From: Candidatus Micrarchaeota archaeon
Lineage (GTDB): Archaea > Micrarchaeota > Micrarchaeia > Norongarragalinales > Norongarragalinaceae
Direction of reading: 5' to 3'
Assembly: GCA_016207165.1 (NCBI GenBank)
Contig: JACQQD010000009.1
Span: forward strand, 64,001 to 128,000
DNA: 64,000 nt
Positions within the stretch are counted from its first letter, which is position 1; the number at the start of each line of letters is the position of its first letter. A model generated the notes under the pieces. It was not told the DNA's origin and ran no database searches. It was given only the letters and a program-made list of their open reading frames with translations. Shown here piece after piece: positions 55,764 to 64,000 of this stretch. The position numbers were made by a program, and so were the translations under genes.

Positions 55764-58679
55764 ATGGTGGCGCATCGCATTGAAGTGGCCTACCGGTTGG
55801 ATTCCCGCATCGCCCAGCGCACTGCTGGCTTGAAGGCGTTGGGTTTCAAGGTCGAAAACGTTCGGTTGGTGGACGTGTACACGCTTTCCCGCGACTTTTC
55901 GAGAAAGCAACTGGGGAAAATCGGCTCGATTCTGGCCAACCCCGTTTTTCAGGACTTCACCGTGGACAAGGCCACGCAAACGGATTTTGATTTTGCCGTT
56001 GAAGTCGGTTTTTTGCCGGGAGTGACGGACAACGTGGGCACTACCGCCCAGGAAATGATTGAGGACGCGTTGAAGGCCAAGTTCAAGCCCGGCGAAGCAG
56101 TGCACAGCTCGCAATTGTTCTTGTTTGACGGCGACTCCAAACAGGCCAAGGCTATTGGATTGGAGTTGGCCAATCCGCTCATCCAGCGCATCCACGCCAA
56201 GACGCGGCAAGGGTACGGTCAAGCGGGCATGGACGTGGTGGTGCCGAAAGTCAAACTCGACGAGTTGCTCAAAGCGGAACGCGTTGACTTGGAATTGGAT
56301 GACGAAGCCCTGGCGGAATTGGGCAAGAAAGGCATTTTAGACCCTAAAACAGGGGTGCGCCGCGGGCCCTTGGCGCTGGATTTGCCGTACTTGCATGCCA
56401 TCCGCGATTACTTTCTTAAACAGGGGCGCAAGCCCACGGACGTGGAACTGGAGTCCTTGGCTCAGACGTGGAGCGAGCACTGCAAGCACACCATTTTCGC
56501 GGCCGCCATGGACGACGACGTGCCAGAGGGGTTGTACAAGACGTACATTCAGGGGGCCACCCGCGCCGTGCGGAAAAAGAAGGGAAAAAACGATTTTTGC
56601 GTGTCGGTGTTTTCAGACAACTCCGGCGCCATTGTGTTTGACGAGGAATTTCTCGTCACGCACAAAGTGGAAACCCATAACTCTCCGTCTGCCCTGGATC
56701 CCTTTGGCGGGGCCATTACCGGCATCGTGGGCGTGAACCGGGACACCATTGGCTTTGGTTTGGGCGCCAAGCCGGCCATTAACGTCTACGGTTTTTGTTT
56801 TGGGAATCCGCAATCCAAGCCGCAGCTGTACCGGGGCAAGAACAAGGCCGACCCCGCCATTGCGCCGCGGCGCGTCATGGAAGGCGTGGTGCGGGGCGTG
56901 AACGCGGGAGGCAACCAATCCGGCATTCCCACGCCCCAAGGATTTTGTTATTTTGACGACCGGTACGCCGGAAAGCCGCTGGTGTTCGTTGGAACGGTGG
57001 GCGTCATGCCTTGCAAGATAAACGGCAGGAAGCTCTACGTGAAAAAAGCGGAGCCCGGCGATGTCATCGTCATGGTCGGCGGACGCGTTGGAAAAGACGG
57101 CATTCACGGCGCCACGTTTTCTTCCGAGGCAATGGATTTTGGCAGTCCGGCAACCTCGGTGCAGATTGGCGACCCCATCACCCAGAAAAAGCTTTCCGAT
57201 GCCTTGGTCAAGGAGGCTCGCGACTTGGGGTTGTACCACAGCATCACGGACAACGGAGCAGGCGGCTTATCGTGTTCGGTGGCGGAAATGGCCAAGGAAT
57301 GCAACGGGTGTTTCGTGGAATTGGACAAGGTGCCGTTGAAGTACCCCGGCATGGCTCCGTGGGAAATCTGGATTTCCGAGTCCCAGGAGCGGATGACGGT
57401 CGCGGTGCCACAAGAAAAACTCGAGGCGTTCATGGACTTGATGCAGCGGCGGGGCGTGGAGGCCACCGCCATTGGGTCGTTCACCAATTCCGGGCGGTGC
57501 GTGGTGGCGTACCACGGTGAAACCGTGATGGATGTTGGGTTAGGGTTTTTGCACGATGGATTGCCCAAAAAACACTTGCATTCCACGTTCAAGCCACTCA
57601 AGCACCCCGAGCCCAAGCCTTCAGCGAAAAAGGACTTCGGGAAAACGCTTTTGTCGATGCTCTCGCGCAAGAACATCGCGTCCACGGAATTTGTTTCAAC
57701 CCAGTACGACCACGCCGTTCAAGGAGGTCTTGTGGTTGGACCCCTCCAAGGAAAAGGCCGGGTACAGGGTCAGGCGAGTTTGACGAAAGTGGTGCTGGGC
57801 TCGAAAAAAGCGGTGGCGTTGTCCCAGGCCACTTACCCGCGGTACTCCGACATTGACGCATACCACATGGCCTGCGCGGGCATTGATTCGGCTATTCGGA
57901 ATTTGGTGGCGTTGGGCGCTGACCCCGAAAAAATCGCGTTGCTTGACAACTTCTGCTGGTGTTCGTCAAATGAACCGACTAGGCTTGGGCAACTCAAGCG
58001 CGCGGTGAAGGCCTGTTACGACGCGGCCACCGCGTTTGAAGCGCCGTTCATCTCCGGAAAGGACAGCATGTTCAACGATTTTTTGGGTTTTGACGGAAAA
58101 AACAATCCCGTGAAAATCTCGATTCCCCCGACTCTGCTTGTGTCCTCCATGGCGGTCGTGGATGACGCGGAAAAAGCGGTGACTTTGGACTCCAAAGTGG
58201 ATGGGGATACCGTGTACGTGGTGGGGCCCACGAAAAACGAGACGGGGGGTTCGGAGTACTTTGCGTGGCTGGGCTACTTGGGAAACCGGGTTCCAGAAGT
58301 GGATTTTGCCGCCAACAAGAAGCGTTATGAACGGTTCCATCAAGCCGTCCAAAAAGGCTTGGTCGCTTCGGCGTACCCCTTGGGCTTGGGGGGATTGGGC
58401 GTGGCGTTGGCCAAGACGGCCATCGCCGGAAAGTTGGGTTTGGACCTTGACGTCCAAACAGGCTTGAAACCCGACGAGTGGCTGTTCTCGGAGTCGCAAG
58501 GCCGTTTGCTGGTGACTTTGGACCCCAAAAACGTTGAAGCGTTTGAAAAGATCATGGGTTCCGACGCCGTGAAAATCGGGAAAGTCGGCGGCACGCGGTT
58601 GAGGGTCAACGACTGGCTGGACGTGGGCGTGGACGCGTTGGAGTCCGCGTACAAACAGGTGTTCTCCCATGGTGGATAA
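55764..58679 (+). CDS. purL: FGAM synthase PurL with a fused N-terminal PurS-like region
   Basis: PGVTDN, AQTWSEHCKH, KVETHNSPS, DGIHGAT, DNGAGG, SESQERM, ISGKDSM. Confidence 0.95.
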   Translation: MVAHRIEVAYRLDSRIAQRTAGLKALGFKVENVRLVDVYTLSRDFSRKQLGKIGSILANPVFQDFTVDKATQTDFDFAVEVGFLPGVTDNVGTTAQEMIEDALKAKFKPGEAVHSSQLFLFDGDSKQAKAIGLELANPLIQRIHAKTRQGYGQAGMDVVVPKVKLDELLKAERVDLELDDEALAELGKKGILDPKTGVRRGPLALDLPYLHAIRDYFLKQGRKPTDVELESLAQTWSEHCKHTIFAAAMDDDVPEGLYKTYIQGATRAVRKKKGKNDFCVSVFSDNSGAIVFDEEFLVTHKVETHNSPSALDPFGGAITGIVGVNRDTIGFGLGAKPAINVYGFCFGNPQSKPQLYRGKNKADPAIAPRRVMEGVVRGVNAGGNQSGIPTPQGFCYFDDRYAGKPLVFVGTVGVMPCKINGRKLYVKKAEPGDVIVMVGGRVGKDGIHGATFSSEAMDFGSPATSVQIGDPITQKKLSDALVKEARDLGLYHSITDNGAGGLSCSVAEMAKECNGCFVELDKVPLKYPGMAPWEIWISESQERMTVAVPQEKLEAFMDLMQRRGVEATAIGSFTNSGRCVVAYHGETVMDVGLGFLHDGLPKKHLHSTFKPLKHPEPKPSAKKDFGKTLLSMLSRKNIASTEFVSTQYDHAVQGGLVVGPLQGKGRVQGQASLTKVVLGSKKAVALSQATYPRYSDIDAYHMACAGIDSAIRNLVALGADPEKIALLDNFCWCSSNEPTRLGQLKRAVKACYDAATAFEAPFISGKDSMFNDFLGFDGKNNPVKISIPPTLLVSSMAVVDDAEKAVTLDSKVDGDTVYVVGPTKNETGGSEYFAWLGYLGNRVPEVDFAANKKRYERFHQAVQKGLVASAYPLGLGGLGVALAKTAIAGKLGLDLDVQTGLKPDEWLFSESQGRLLVTLDPKNVEAFEKIMGSDAVKIGKVGGTRLRVNDWLDVGVDALESAYKQVFSHGG

Positions 58680-59466
58680 GGCGCTGATTTTCAGCGGGTA
58701 CGGCGTGAACTCCGAAATGGAGTCCGCCGTTGCCCTCCAGCGCGCGGGAATGGCGTCGGACGTCGTGCACGTCAACGACGTGATTGCAAAGCGCGTCAAG
58801 CTCAACGATTACCGGATGCTGGTGTTGCCCGGCGGTTTCTCGTACGGCGACGACACGGGGTCCGGCAACGCGTACGCCTGGCGGCTGCGCAACAACGTGT
58901 GGGACGAACTGCTTGAGTTTCTCGACGGCGACAACCTGGTCTTGGGCATCTGCAACGGGTTTCAAATCCTTGTAAACTTGGGGTTGCTGCCGGCGTTTGG
59001 CAAGAAGCGCGAGCGGACCGCCGCGCTCATGCCCAATCAAAGCGGCGTGTTCCAGTGCCGTCCAGTAACCCTCAAACCCGCGTCCGAATCGTTCTGGACC
59101 CGCGGAATTGAGCGCGTGGATTGCCCGGTGGCGCACGGCGAAGGCAACTTCTATTGTTCTGCCGGGGATTTGAAGCGTTTGGAAGAAAAAAAGTTGGTGG
59201 CGTTCCGGTACGTCAAGCCGGACTTGACTTTGGCCAACCGCGAGTTTCCGTTCAACCCCAACGGCGCGCTTTCTGACATTGCCGGAATTTTGTCGGAGGA
59301 CCGAAAAGTCTTGGGTTTGATGCCGCACCCCGAGCGCGCCATGGAATCCATTCAGTTGCGCGACGGTTTTCTGCAAAAAGAGTTGGCGCGTCGCGCGGGA
59401 AAGCGCCTTTCCATGGAATCCCACAACCTGCAGTTGTTCCGCAACGCCGTGAACTACTTCAAGTAG
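58669..59466 (+). CDS. purQ: FGAM synthase glutaminase subunit
   Basis: PGGFSYGD, GICNGFQ, AHGEG, NPNG, MPHPER. Confidence 0.96.
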   Translation: MVDKALIFSGYGVNSEMESAVALQRAGMASDVVHVNDVIAKRVKLNDYRMLVLPGGFSYGDDTGSGNAYAWRLRNNVWDELLEFLDGDNLVLGICNGFQILVNLGLLPAFGKKRERTAALMPNQSGVFQCRPVTLKPASESFWTRGIERVDCPVAHGEGNFYCSAGDLKRLEEKKLVAFRYVKPDLTLANREFPFNPNGALSDIAGILSEDRKVLGLMPHPERAMESIQLRDGFLQKELARRAGKRLSMESHNLQLFRNAVNYFK

Positions 59467-59469
59467 GCG

Positions 59470-59982
59470 TCAGTCGCCGGGCCGGCCCACGCCGTGAAGT
59501 TCGACGCGGTGGCCGAGTTTTTCCAAGAACTCTTTCAACCAGGTGGCCGTGGCTTTAGCCAAGCCGGGGTCTTGAGGGAATTTTTTCGTCAATGCGTACT
59601 CGGATTCCCGTGCGGCTCGGTCCAGGATCAACGTTTCCAGTAGCGCGACGTTGCCCGCAATTTTTTGAGGGGACGCGGCGTTTTTTTGTTGTTCTTTGAG
59701 CCGTGAAACAATGTTTTCAGTTTCAATGCGGCTGTTGAGTGCATCCAGCGAGGGGTACCGCTTAGTGGTTTGGCTTGTTCTCTCGGTCGTGAACTGTTGG
59801 TGGGGTTCCAGTAACCCATTGATGGCCTCTTTTAGCACCTCGGCATTGGCTTCATCCAAGGCGTCCGCGCCGTGGCCGACTACTTTTACTTCGTAGTCAC
59901 CTGCTCTCCAAGAATTTCTGGACTGGCTTTGGGCTGGCTTGAGCCGTGCCAGTTCGTTGACTTCCACGTGAAAAAAAGCCAT
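59470..59982 (-). CDS. Hypothetical protein
   Basis: 170-aa orphan, 8 nt downstream of the ACT regulator. Confidence 0.55.
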   Translation of the reverse strand: MAFFHVEVNELARLKPAQSQSRNSWRAGDYEVKVVGHGADALDEANAEVLKEAINGLLEPHQQFTTERTSQTTKRYPSLDALNSRIETENIVSRLKEQQKNAASPQKIAGNVALLETLILDRAARESEYALTKKFPQDPGLAKATATWLKEFLEKLGHRVELHGVGRPGD

Positions 59983-59990
59983 TACTTTTT

Positions 59991-60659
59991 TTACTCCGGT
60001 TTGGACGTTCTTTTTTCAGGGTGGCACAATTCAAAAAGAACGCGGTACGCGTTCAGGACGTCTTTTTCTTCTACAAAGAGAAGCATTTCCGGCACGCAAC
60101 TCATCAACTCGTACATGTTGATGTGGTTTCGAGCCAGTTCCATGCAAAGCACGTACATGATGCCCGGCGTGGTCACGGCGTCCGGATGCAAATGCATGTT
60201 GATTTCCGCGAGGCCGCGTTGCACCTTCAAGACGTTTTTCCGGGGGATGAGGTCCAGCATTTTTTCCGCGTTTTTCTCGTCCACCAACAGCTTGATGGAT
60301 TCTTCGCCTTGCACGATGCGCAACGTCTCGCCCCGCTCGTACTGCACCAAGGAGAACAACTTGGGCAAGACTTTCTGGGTTTCCTCGCCTTTAGTCAGTG
60401 CGATGTTGACGATGTGGCTTTTCGTGGAAATGTTGGAGTGGCGGATGACGTTTCGGGCGTTGTCCTGCCACTGCGGCGTCTTGCTTTGCTTGGGGTAGCG
60501 GCGGATGGCGGAAATCAGGGCGTCCTCGTTGCCGGCGATGCCGTTTTTTTGGCAGTGCCGCGCCAGGGCCCGCATGTTGACTAAGCCCCGCGACAAGTCC
60601 AATTGGATGGAGGGGTCTGCGTCGATGAGCTTCCACACCGAATCCCTAATATTTGTCAT
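59991..60659 (-). CDS. Archaeal ACT-domain protein with an N-terminal HTH-like region (putative regulator)
   Basis: L.RGLVN.RALAR...ALISAIRRY; TPGI...LAR.HINM.E..SC..E ACT pattern. Divergent from leuA. Confidence 0.75.
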   Translation of the reverse strand: MTNIRDSVWKLIDADPSIQLDLSRGLVNMRALARHCQKNGIAGNEDALISAIRRYPKQSKTPQWQDNARNVIRHSNISTKSHIVNIALTKGEETQKVLPKLFSLVQYERGETLRIVQGEESIKLLVDEKNAEKMLDLIPRKNVLKVQRGLAEINMHLHPDAVTTPGIMYVLCMELARNHINMYELMSCVPEMLLFVEEKDVLNAYRVLFELCHPEKRTSKPE

Positions 60660-60745
60660 TTTGATGTCTAATGTGTCACTTATTTATATTTTTTGCCTTT
60701 TTTGTCACAATTTATAAATAGGGGTGGGCCGCCAGAAAAAAGGGT

Positions 60746-62344
60746 ATGGGCGTCAGCGTATCTTCGGTTCCAGTCCACGTTTTCGACACGACGCTTCGGG
60801 ACGGCGAGCAGTCGCCGGGCTGTTCCATGACCGCTGAAGAAAAGCTCATCATCGCCCGCCAATTGGTTCGGCTGAACGTGGACGTCATTGAAGCGGGGTT
60901 TCCCGTTGCCTCCAATGACGATTTTGATGCCGTCAAGCGCATTGCCGAGGAAATTCGGGTCCCCACAATAGCCGCGCTTTGCCGGGCCCAGCCCGAGGAC
61001 ATCACCCGCGGTGCCAAAGCCATTGAACCGGCGGCCAAGCCCCGCATCCACACGTTTATTGCCACGTCCGACATCCACCTCCAGCACAAGCTGAAGATGA
61101 CGAAACCCGAGGTGCTGGCACGCGTCAAGGAAATGGTGGGGCTGGCAAAAAGCCACGTTTCGGATGTGGAGTTTTCCTCCGAGGACGCGTCTCGAAGCGA
61201 TGTTTCATTTCTCAAGCAAGTCGTCCGCACCGCCGTGGACGCGGGGGCCACCACCATCAACTTGCCGGATACGGTGGGCTACGCGCAGCCGGCTGAATAC
61301 GGCGCCATGGTCCGGCAAATTGCGGACATGCCGGAATGTGCGGGGGTCACTATTTCGGTTCACTGCCACGACGACTTGGGCCTGGCCGTAGCCAATTCGC
61401 TTTCCGGAATTCAGAATGGAGCGCGGCAGGTGGAGTGTACCGTGAACGGCATTGGCGAGCGGGCCGGCAATGCATCCTTGGAAGAAGTCGTGATGAACCT
61501 CAAAACCCGGCCGCGCCTTTTTCATGCGCACACCAACGTGGTTTCCCAGGAGCTTTTCCGTACCAGCCGCCTCGTTGCGGAATTGACGGGTTCGCCCGTC
61601 CAGCGGAACAAAGCCATTGTGGGAGCCAACGCGTTTGCGCATGAGGCCGGCATCCACCAGCACGGGGTCCTTGCCAACCGCATGACGTACGAAATCATGG
61701 CGGCCGGGGACGTGGGATGGAAAGGCGAGGACTTGGTCATTGGCAAGCATTCGGGCAAGCATGCCATTCACGCGGTCTTGTCCGGCATCGGCATCGAATT
61801 GGCGCCGGACCAACTGCGGGAAGTCGTGGAGAAAGTCAAGGAGCTGGGTGACAAGCAAAAAGACGTAGGGTCCGATGACGTCATCGGCATTGCCGAGGAC
61901 GTCATGCAACGCGGACTGACGCCGGCGTTCTCGGTCCTGGATTACGTCGCCGTAACAGGCGACAAGGTGCCGGCCACGGCGACCATCAAGCTTTTCAAGG
62001 ATGGAACCGAAGTCACGACTACCGCGCACGGCATTGGCGTGGTGGACGCCACGTTTTCGGCGCTCACCAAAGTCCTGCCAATTCAGGCCCGGCTTCAGCG
62101 GTACTCCCTTGAGGCCATTACAGGCGGCTCCAACGCCCTGGCCGCGATTACGGTGGTCTTGGAGGACGAGTCGGGACGCAAATTCCGTTCAAGGGCGGTG
62201 CACGAGGACATCGTCTTGGCGTCGCTGAAAGCGTTGGTCAATGGATACAACAAAGTACTTGTGTCAGGTGAAAAAAATGGGCGAAACAGTGTTTCTCAAC
62301 GGCAAACCCTTCACCCCGCATCAAATGCCAGTCAGCGCGTTTGA
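60746..62344 (+). CDS. leuA: 2-isopropylmalate synthase
   Basis: DTTLRDGEQ, HCHDDLG, GERAGN, HEAGIHQHG, regulatory C-domain. Confidence 0.93.
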   Translation: MGVSVSSVPVHVFDTTLRDGEQSPGCSMTAEEKLIIARQLVRLNVDVIEAGFPVASNDDFDAVKRIAEEIRVPTIAALCRAQPEDITRGAKAIEPAAKPRIHTFIATSDIHLQHKLKMTKPEVLARVKEMVGLAKSHVSDVEFSSEDASRSDVSFLKQVVRTAVDAGATTINLPDTVGYAQPAEYGAMVRQIADMPECAGVTISVHCHDDLGLAVANSLSGIQNGARQVECTVNGIGERAGNASLEEVVMNLKTRPRLFHAHTNVVSQELFRTSRLVAELTGSPVQRNKAIVGANAFAHEAGIHQHGVLANRMTYEIMAAGDVGWKGEDLVIGKHSGKHAIHAVLSGIGIELAPDQLREVVEKVKELGDKQKDVGSDDVIGIAEDVMQRGLTPAFSVLDYVAVTGDKVPATATIKLFKDGTEVTTTAHGIGVVDATFSALTKVLPIQARLQRYSLEAITGGSNALAAITVVLEDESGRKFRSRAVHEDIVLASLKALVNGYNKVLVSGEKNGRNSVSQRQTLHPASNASQRV

Positions 62345-63176
62345 CCACGGGTTGTTGTACGGAGACGGAGTGTTTGAAGGCATCCGCTTCCAAGAAAAAG
62401 GGTTGCTTTTGTTGGATGAACACGTACAGCGCCTCTACGACTCGGCTCGCATGATCCAATTGCGCATAGCCCAGAACCCGGACGAAATGCGGCGCATGGT
62501 CATCGAAGCGGTTCGGCATTGCGGCATGGAAAACGGGTACGTGCGGTTGGTCGTCACCCGGGGAGTGGGGGATTTGGGCGTGAACCCAGCCAGTTGCGGG
62601 ACGCCGACGGTCATGATTTTGGTGTCCACCATTTCGCTTTACCCGGAGAAGTTCTACGAAGAAGGCCTTCGCGTCCACGTCTGCCAGACTAAAAAGCCTC
62701 CCTTGGATGTGCTTCCCTGCAACGCCAAGACGTGCAATTACCTGAACAACGGCTTGGCGGCCTTGGAGTTCACAAAAGAAGGATGCCAGGAGGGCTTGAT
62801 GCTGACAACGGAAGGCTTCGTGTCGGAAGCCACCGCGGACAACGTGTTCGGCATTCAGGGAAACGCGTTGTTCACGCCCAGTCTGGACACGAATTGTTTG
62901 CCGGGCATCACGCGCGCCAAAGTCATGGAGTTGGCCAAGGAAAAAGGATTCCAAGTCAGGGAAGGCAAGTACCTTCCAGACGAGTTCAGGGAGGCCGATG
63001 AAGTGTTTCTCACGGGCACCGGAGCGGGCATCATTGCGGTTACGACGCTTGGCGGCCAACGCATTGGAAACGGCAAGACCGGTAAAACGACGCGGGCGCT
63101 TCGCGACGCGTACGAATCAAAGTGCAGGCAATGGTTGACTTTCGTGGATGCGCATGAACGAAAACTTGTTCGATAA
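62277..63176 (+). CDS. ilvE: Branched-chain amino acid aminotransferase
   Basis: [39 protein letters not shown] before ATG 62277. Confidence 0.9.
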   Translation: MGETVFLNGKPFTPHQMPVSAFDHGLLYGDGVFEGIRFQEKGLLLLDEHVQRLYDSARMIQLRIAQNPDEMRRMVIEAVRHCGMENGYVRLVVTRGVGDLGVNPASCGTPTVMILVSTISLYPEKFYEEGLRVHVCQTKKPPLDVLPCNAKTCNYLNNGLAALEFTKEGCQEGLMLTTEGFVSEATADNVFGIQGNALFTPSLDTNCLPGITRAKVMELAKEKGFQVREGKYLPDEFREADEVFLTGTGAGIIAVTTLGGQRIGNGKTGKTTRALRDAYESKCRQWLTFVDAHERKLVR

Positions 63177-64000
63177 GGTCTGGAACGCGCACGCCGTACG
63201 ACAGCTGCCCAACGGCCAGACGCAGCTGTTCGTGGGATTGCACTTGATTCACGAAGTCACGTCCCCCCAGGCCTTTGCCATGCTGGAGGAGAGCAACCTG
63301 ACGGTTCGCCATCCGGAGTTGACGGTGGCGACCTGCGACCACATTGTTCCCACGGACTCCCAGCGAAGGCCCTTTTCGGACGCGTTGGCGGAAACCATGA
63401 TGGCCCGGCTGGAGCAAAACGTCAAAAAGCACGGCATCCGCTTTTTCGGACCGGAAAGCGGTAGGCAGGGAATAGTGCACGTGATCGGCCCGGAACTGGG
63501 CTTCACCCAGCCCGGAATGGTGATTTGTTGCGGCGACTCGCACACCTCGACGCACGGCGCGTTTGGCGGCATTGCCTTTGGCATCGGCACCACGCAGGTG
63601 CGCGATGTACTGGCCACGCAAACCATTGCGGTGACTAAGCCCAAAGTTCGGCAAATCCAAGTGGACGGAAAATTGGCCCAAGGGGTGTACGCCAAGGACG
63701 TGATTTTGGCCATCATCCGCAAACTAGGAGTTAACGGAGGCATCGGGTACGCGTACGAATACGCGGGGTCCACGGTTTCCGCCATGTCCATGGAAGCCCG
63801 AATGTCGATTTGCAACATGAGCATCGAAGCTGGCGCGCGCTGCGGTTACGTCAACCCCGACGAAACCACCGTTAACTACTTGCGGGGGCGGCTGTTTGCC
63901 CCGCCAAGCGATGCGTTTCAAGAAGCCGTAGTATTTTGGAAGACCATGGCATCGCCCGCCGACGCGGACTTTGACGACCGAGTTTCTTTGGACGCCTCCT
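63154..64000 (+). CDS. leuC: 3-isopropylmalate dehydratase large subunit (3' end runs off the window)
   Basis: Translated by hand: [13 protein letters not shown]...[12 protein letters not shown]...DHIVPT...GIVHVIGPE...[13 protein letters not shown]...CNMSIEAGA. Confidence 0.95.
   Translation, partial: MNENLFDKVWNAHAVRQLPNGQTQLFVGLHLIHEVTSPQAFAMLEESNLTVRHPELTVATCDHIVPTDSQRRPFSDALAETMMARLEQNVKKHGIRFFGPESGRQGIVHVIGPELGFTQPGMVICCGDSHTSTHGAFGGIAFGIGTTQVRDVLATQTIAVTKPKVRQIQVDGKLAQGVYAKDVILAIIRKLGVNGGIGYAYEYAGSTVSAMSMEARMSICNMSIEAGARCGYVNPDETTVNYLRGRLFAPPSDAFQEAVVFWKTMASPADADFDDRVSLDAS

Noticed and set aside
62277-62344. Programmed frameshift at the A7 run in the 68-nt leuA/ilvE overlap
   Set aside because: ilvE has its own RBS and ATG; a simple C-terminal run-on of leuA explains the overlap.

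Overview
A gene-dense chromosomal window from an archaeon. Evidence for the domain: a translin/C3PO protein, a HemK2-type methylase, an archaeal membrane S16 protease, Lrp/AsnC and ACT regulators, NadX, TTTAAA TATA boxes about 23 nt before leaderless starts, and GGTG-type RBSs. A DPANN (Micrarchaeota/Iainarchaeota-like) origin is my inference. The window is mostly an anabolic super-cluster, much of it bacterial-type: folate/pABA/ThyX, de novo NAD (nadA-X-C-E-D), de novo purines (purE, C, A, B, N, H, F, D, M, L, Q plus folD, no purK) and the start of a leucine operon. It also holds amino-acid/nitrogen genes, an intein-containing rtcB, several surface proteins and many orphan ORFs. No tRNA, rRNA, CRISPR array, transposase or integrase was seen. 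Most notable: (1) two genes have their last 42-51 bp duplicated downstream across a small GC-rich hairpin element, with only synonymous differences, and related elements plus a 12-bp direct repeat bracket an lrp-glnA block that splits the nad operon; (2) FolK is fused to a domain resembling the Helicobacter FolP N-terminal dihydropteroate-reductase domain; (3) a 1601-aa surface protein ends in a Hint domain; (4) a class II-like PurE lies in frame behind PurC; (5) a SpoT/Mesh1-like HD protein sits between the nad and pur clusters. All calls come from reading motifs by eye; no searches were run.
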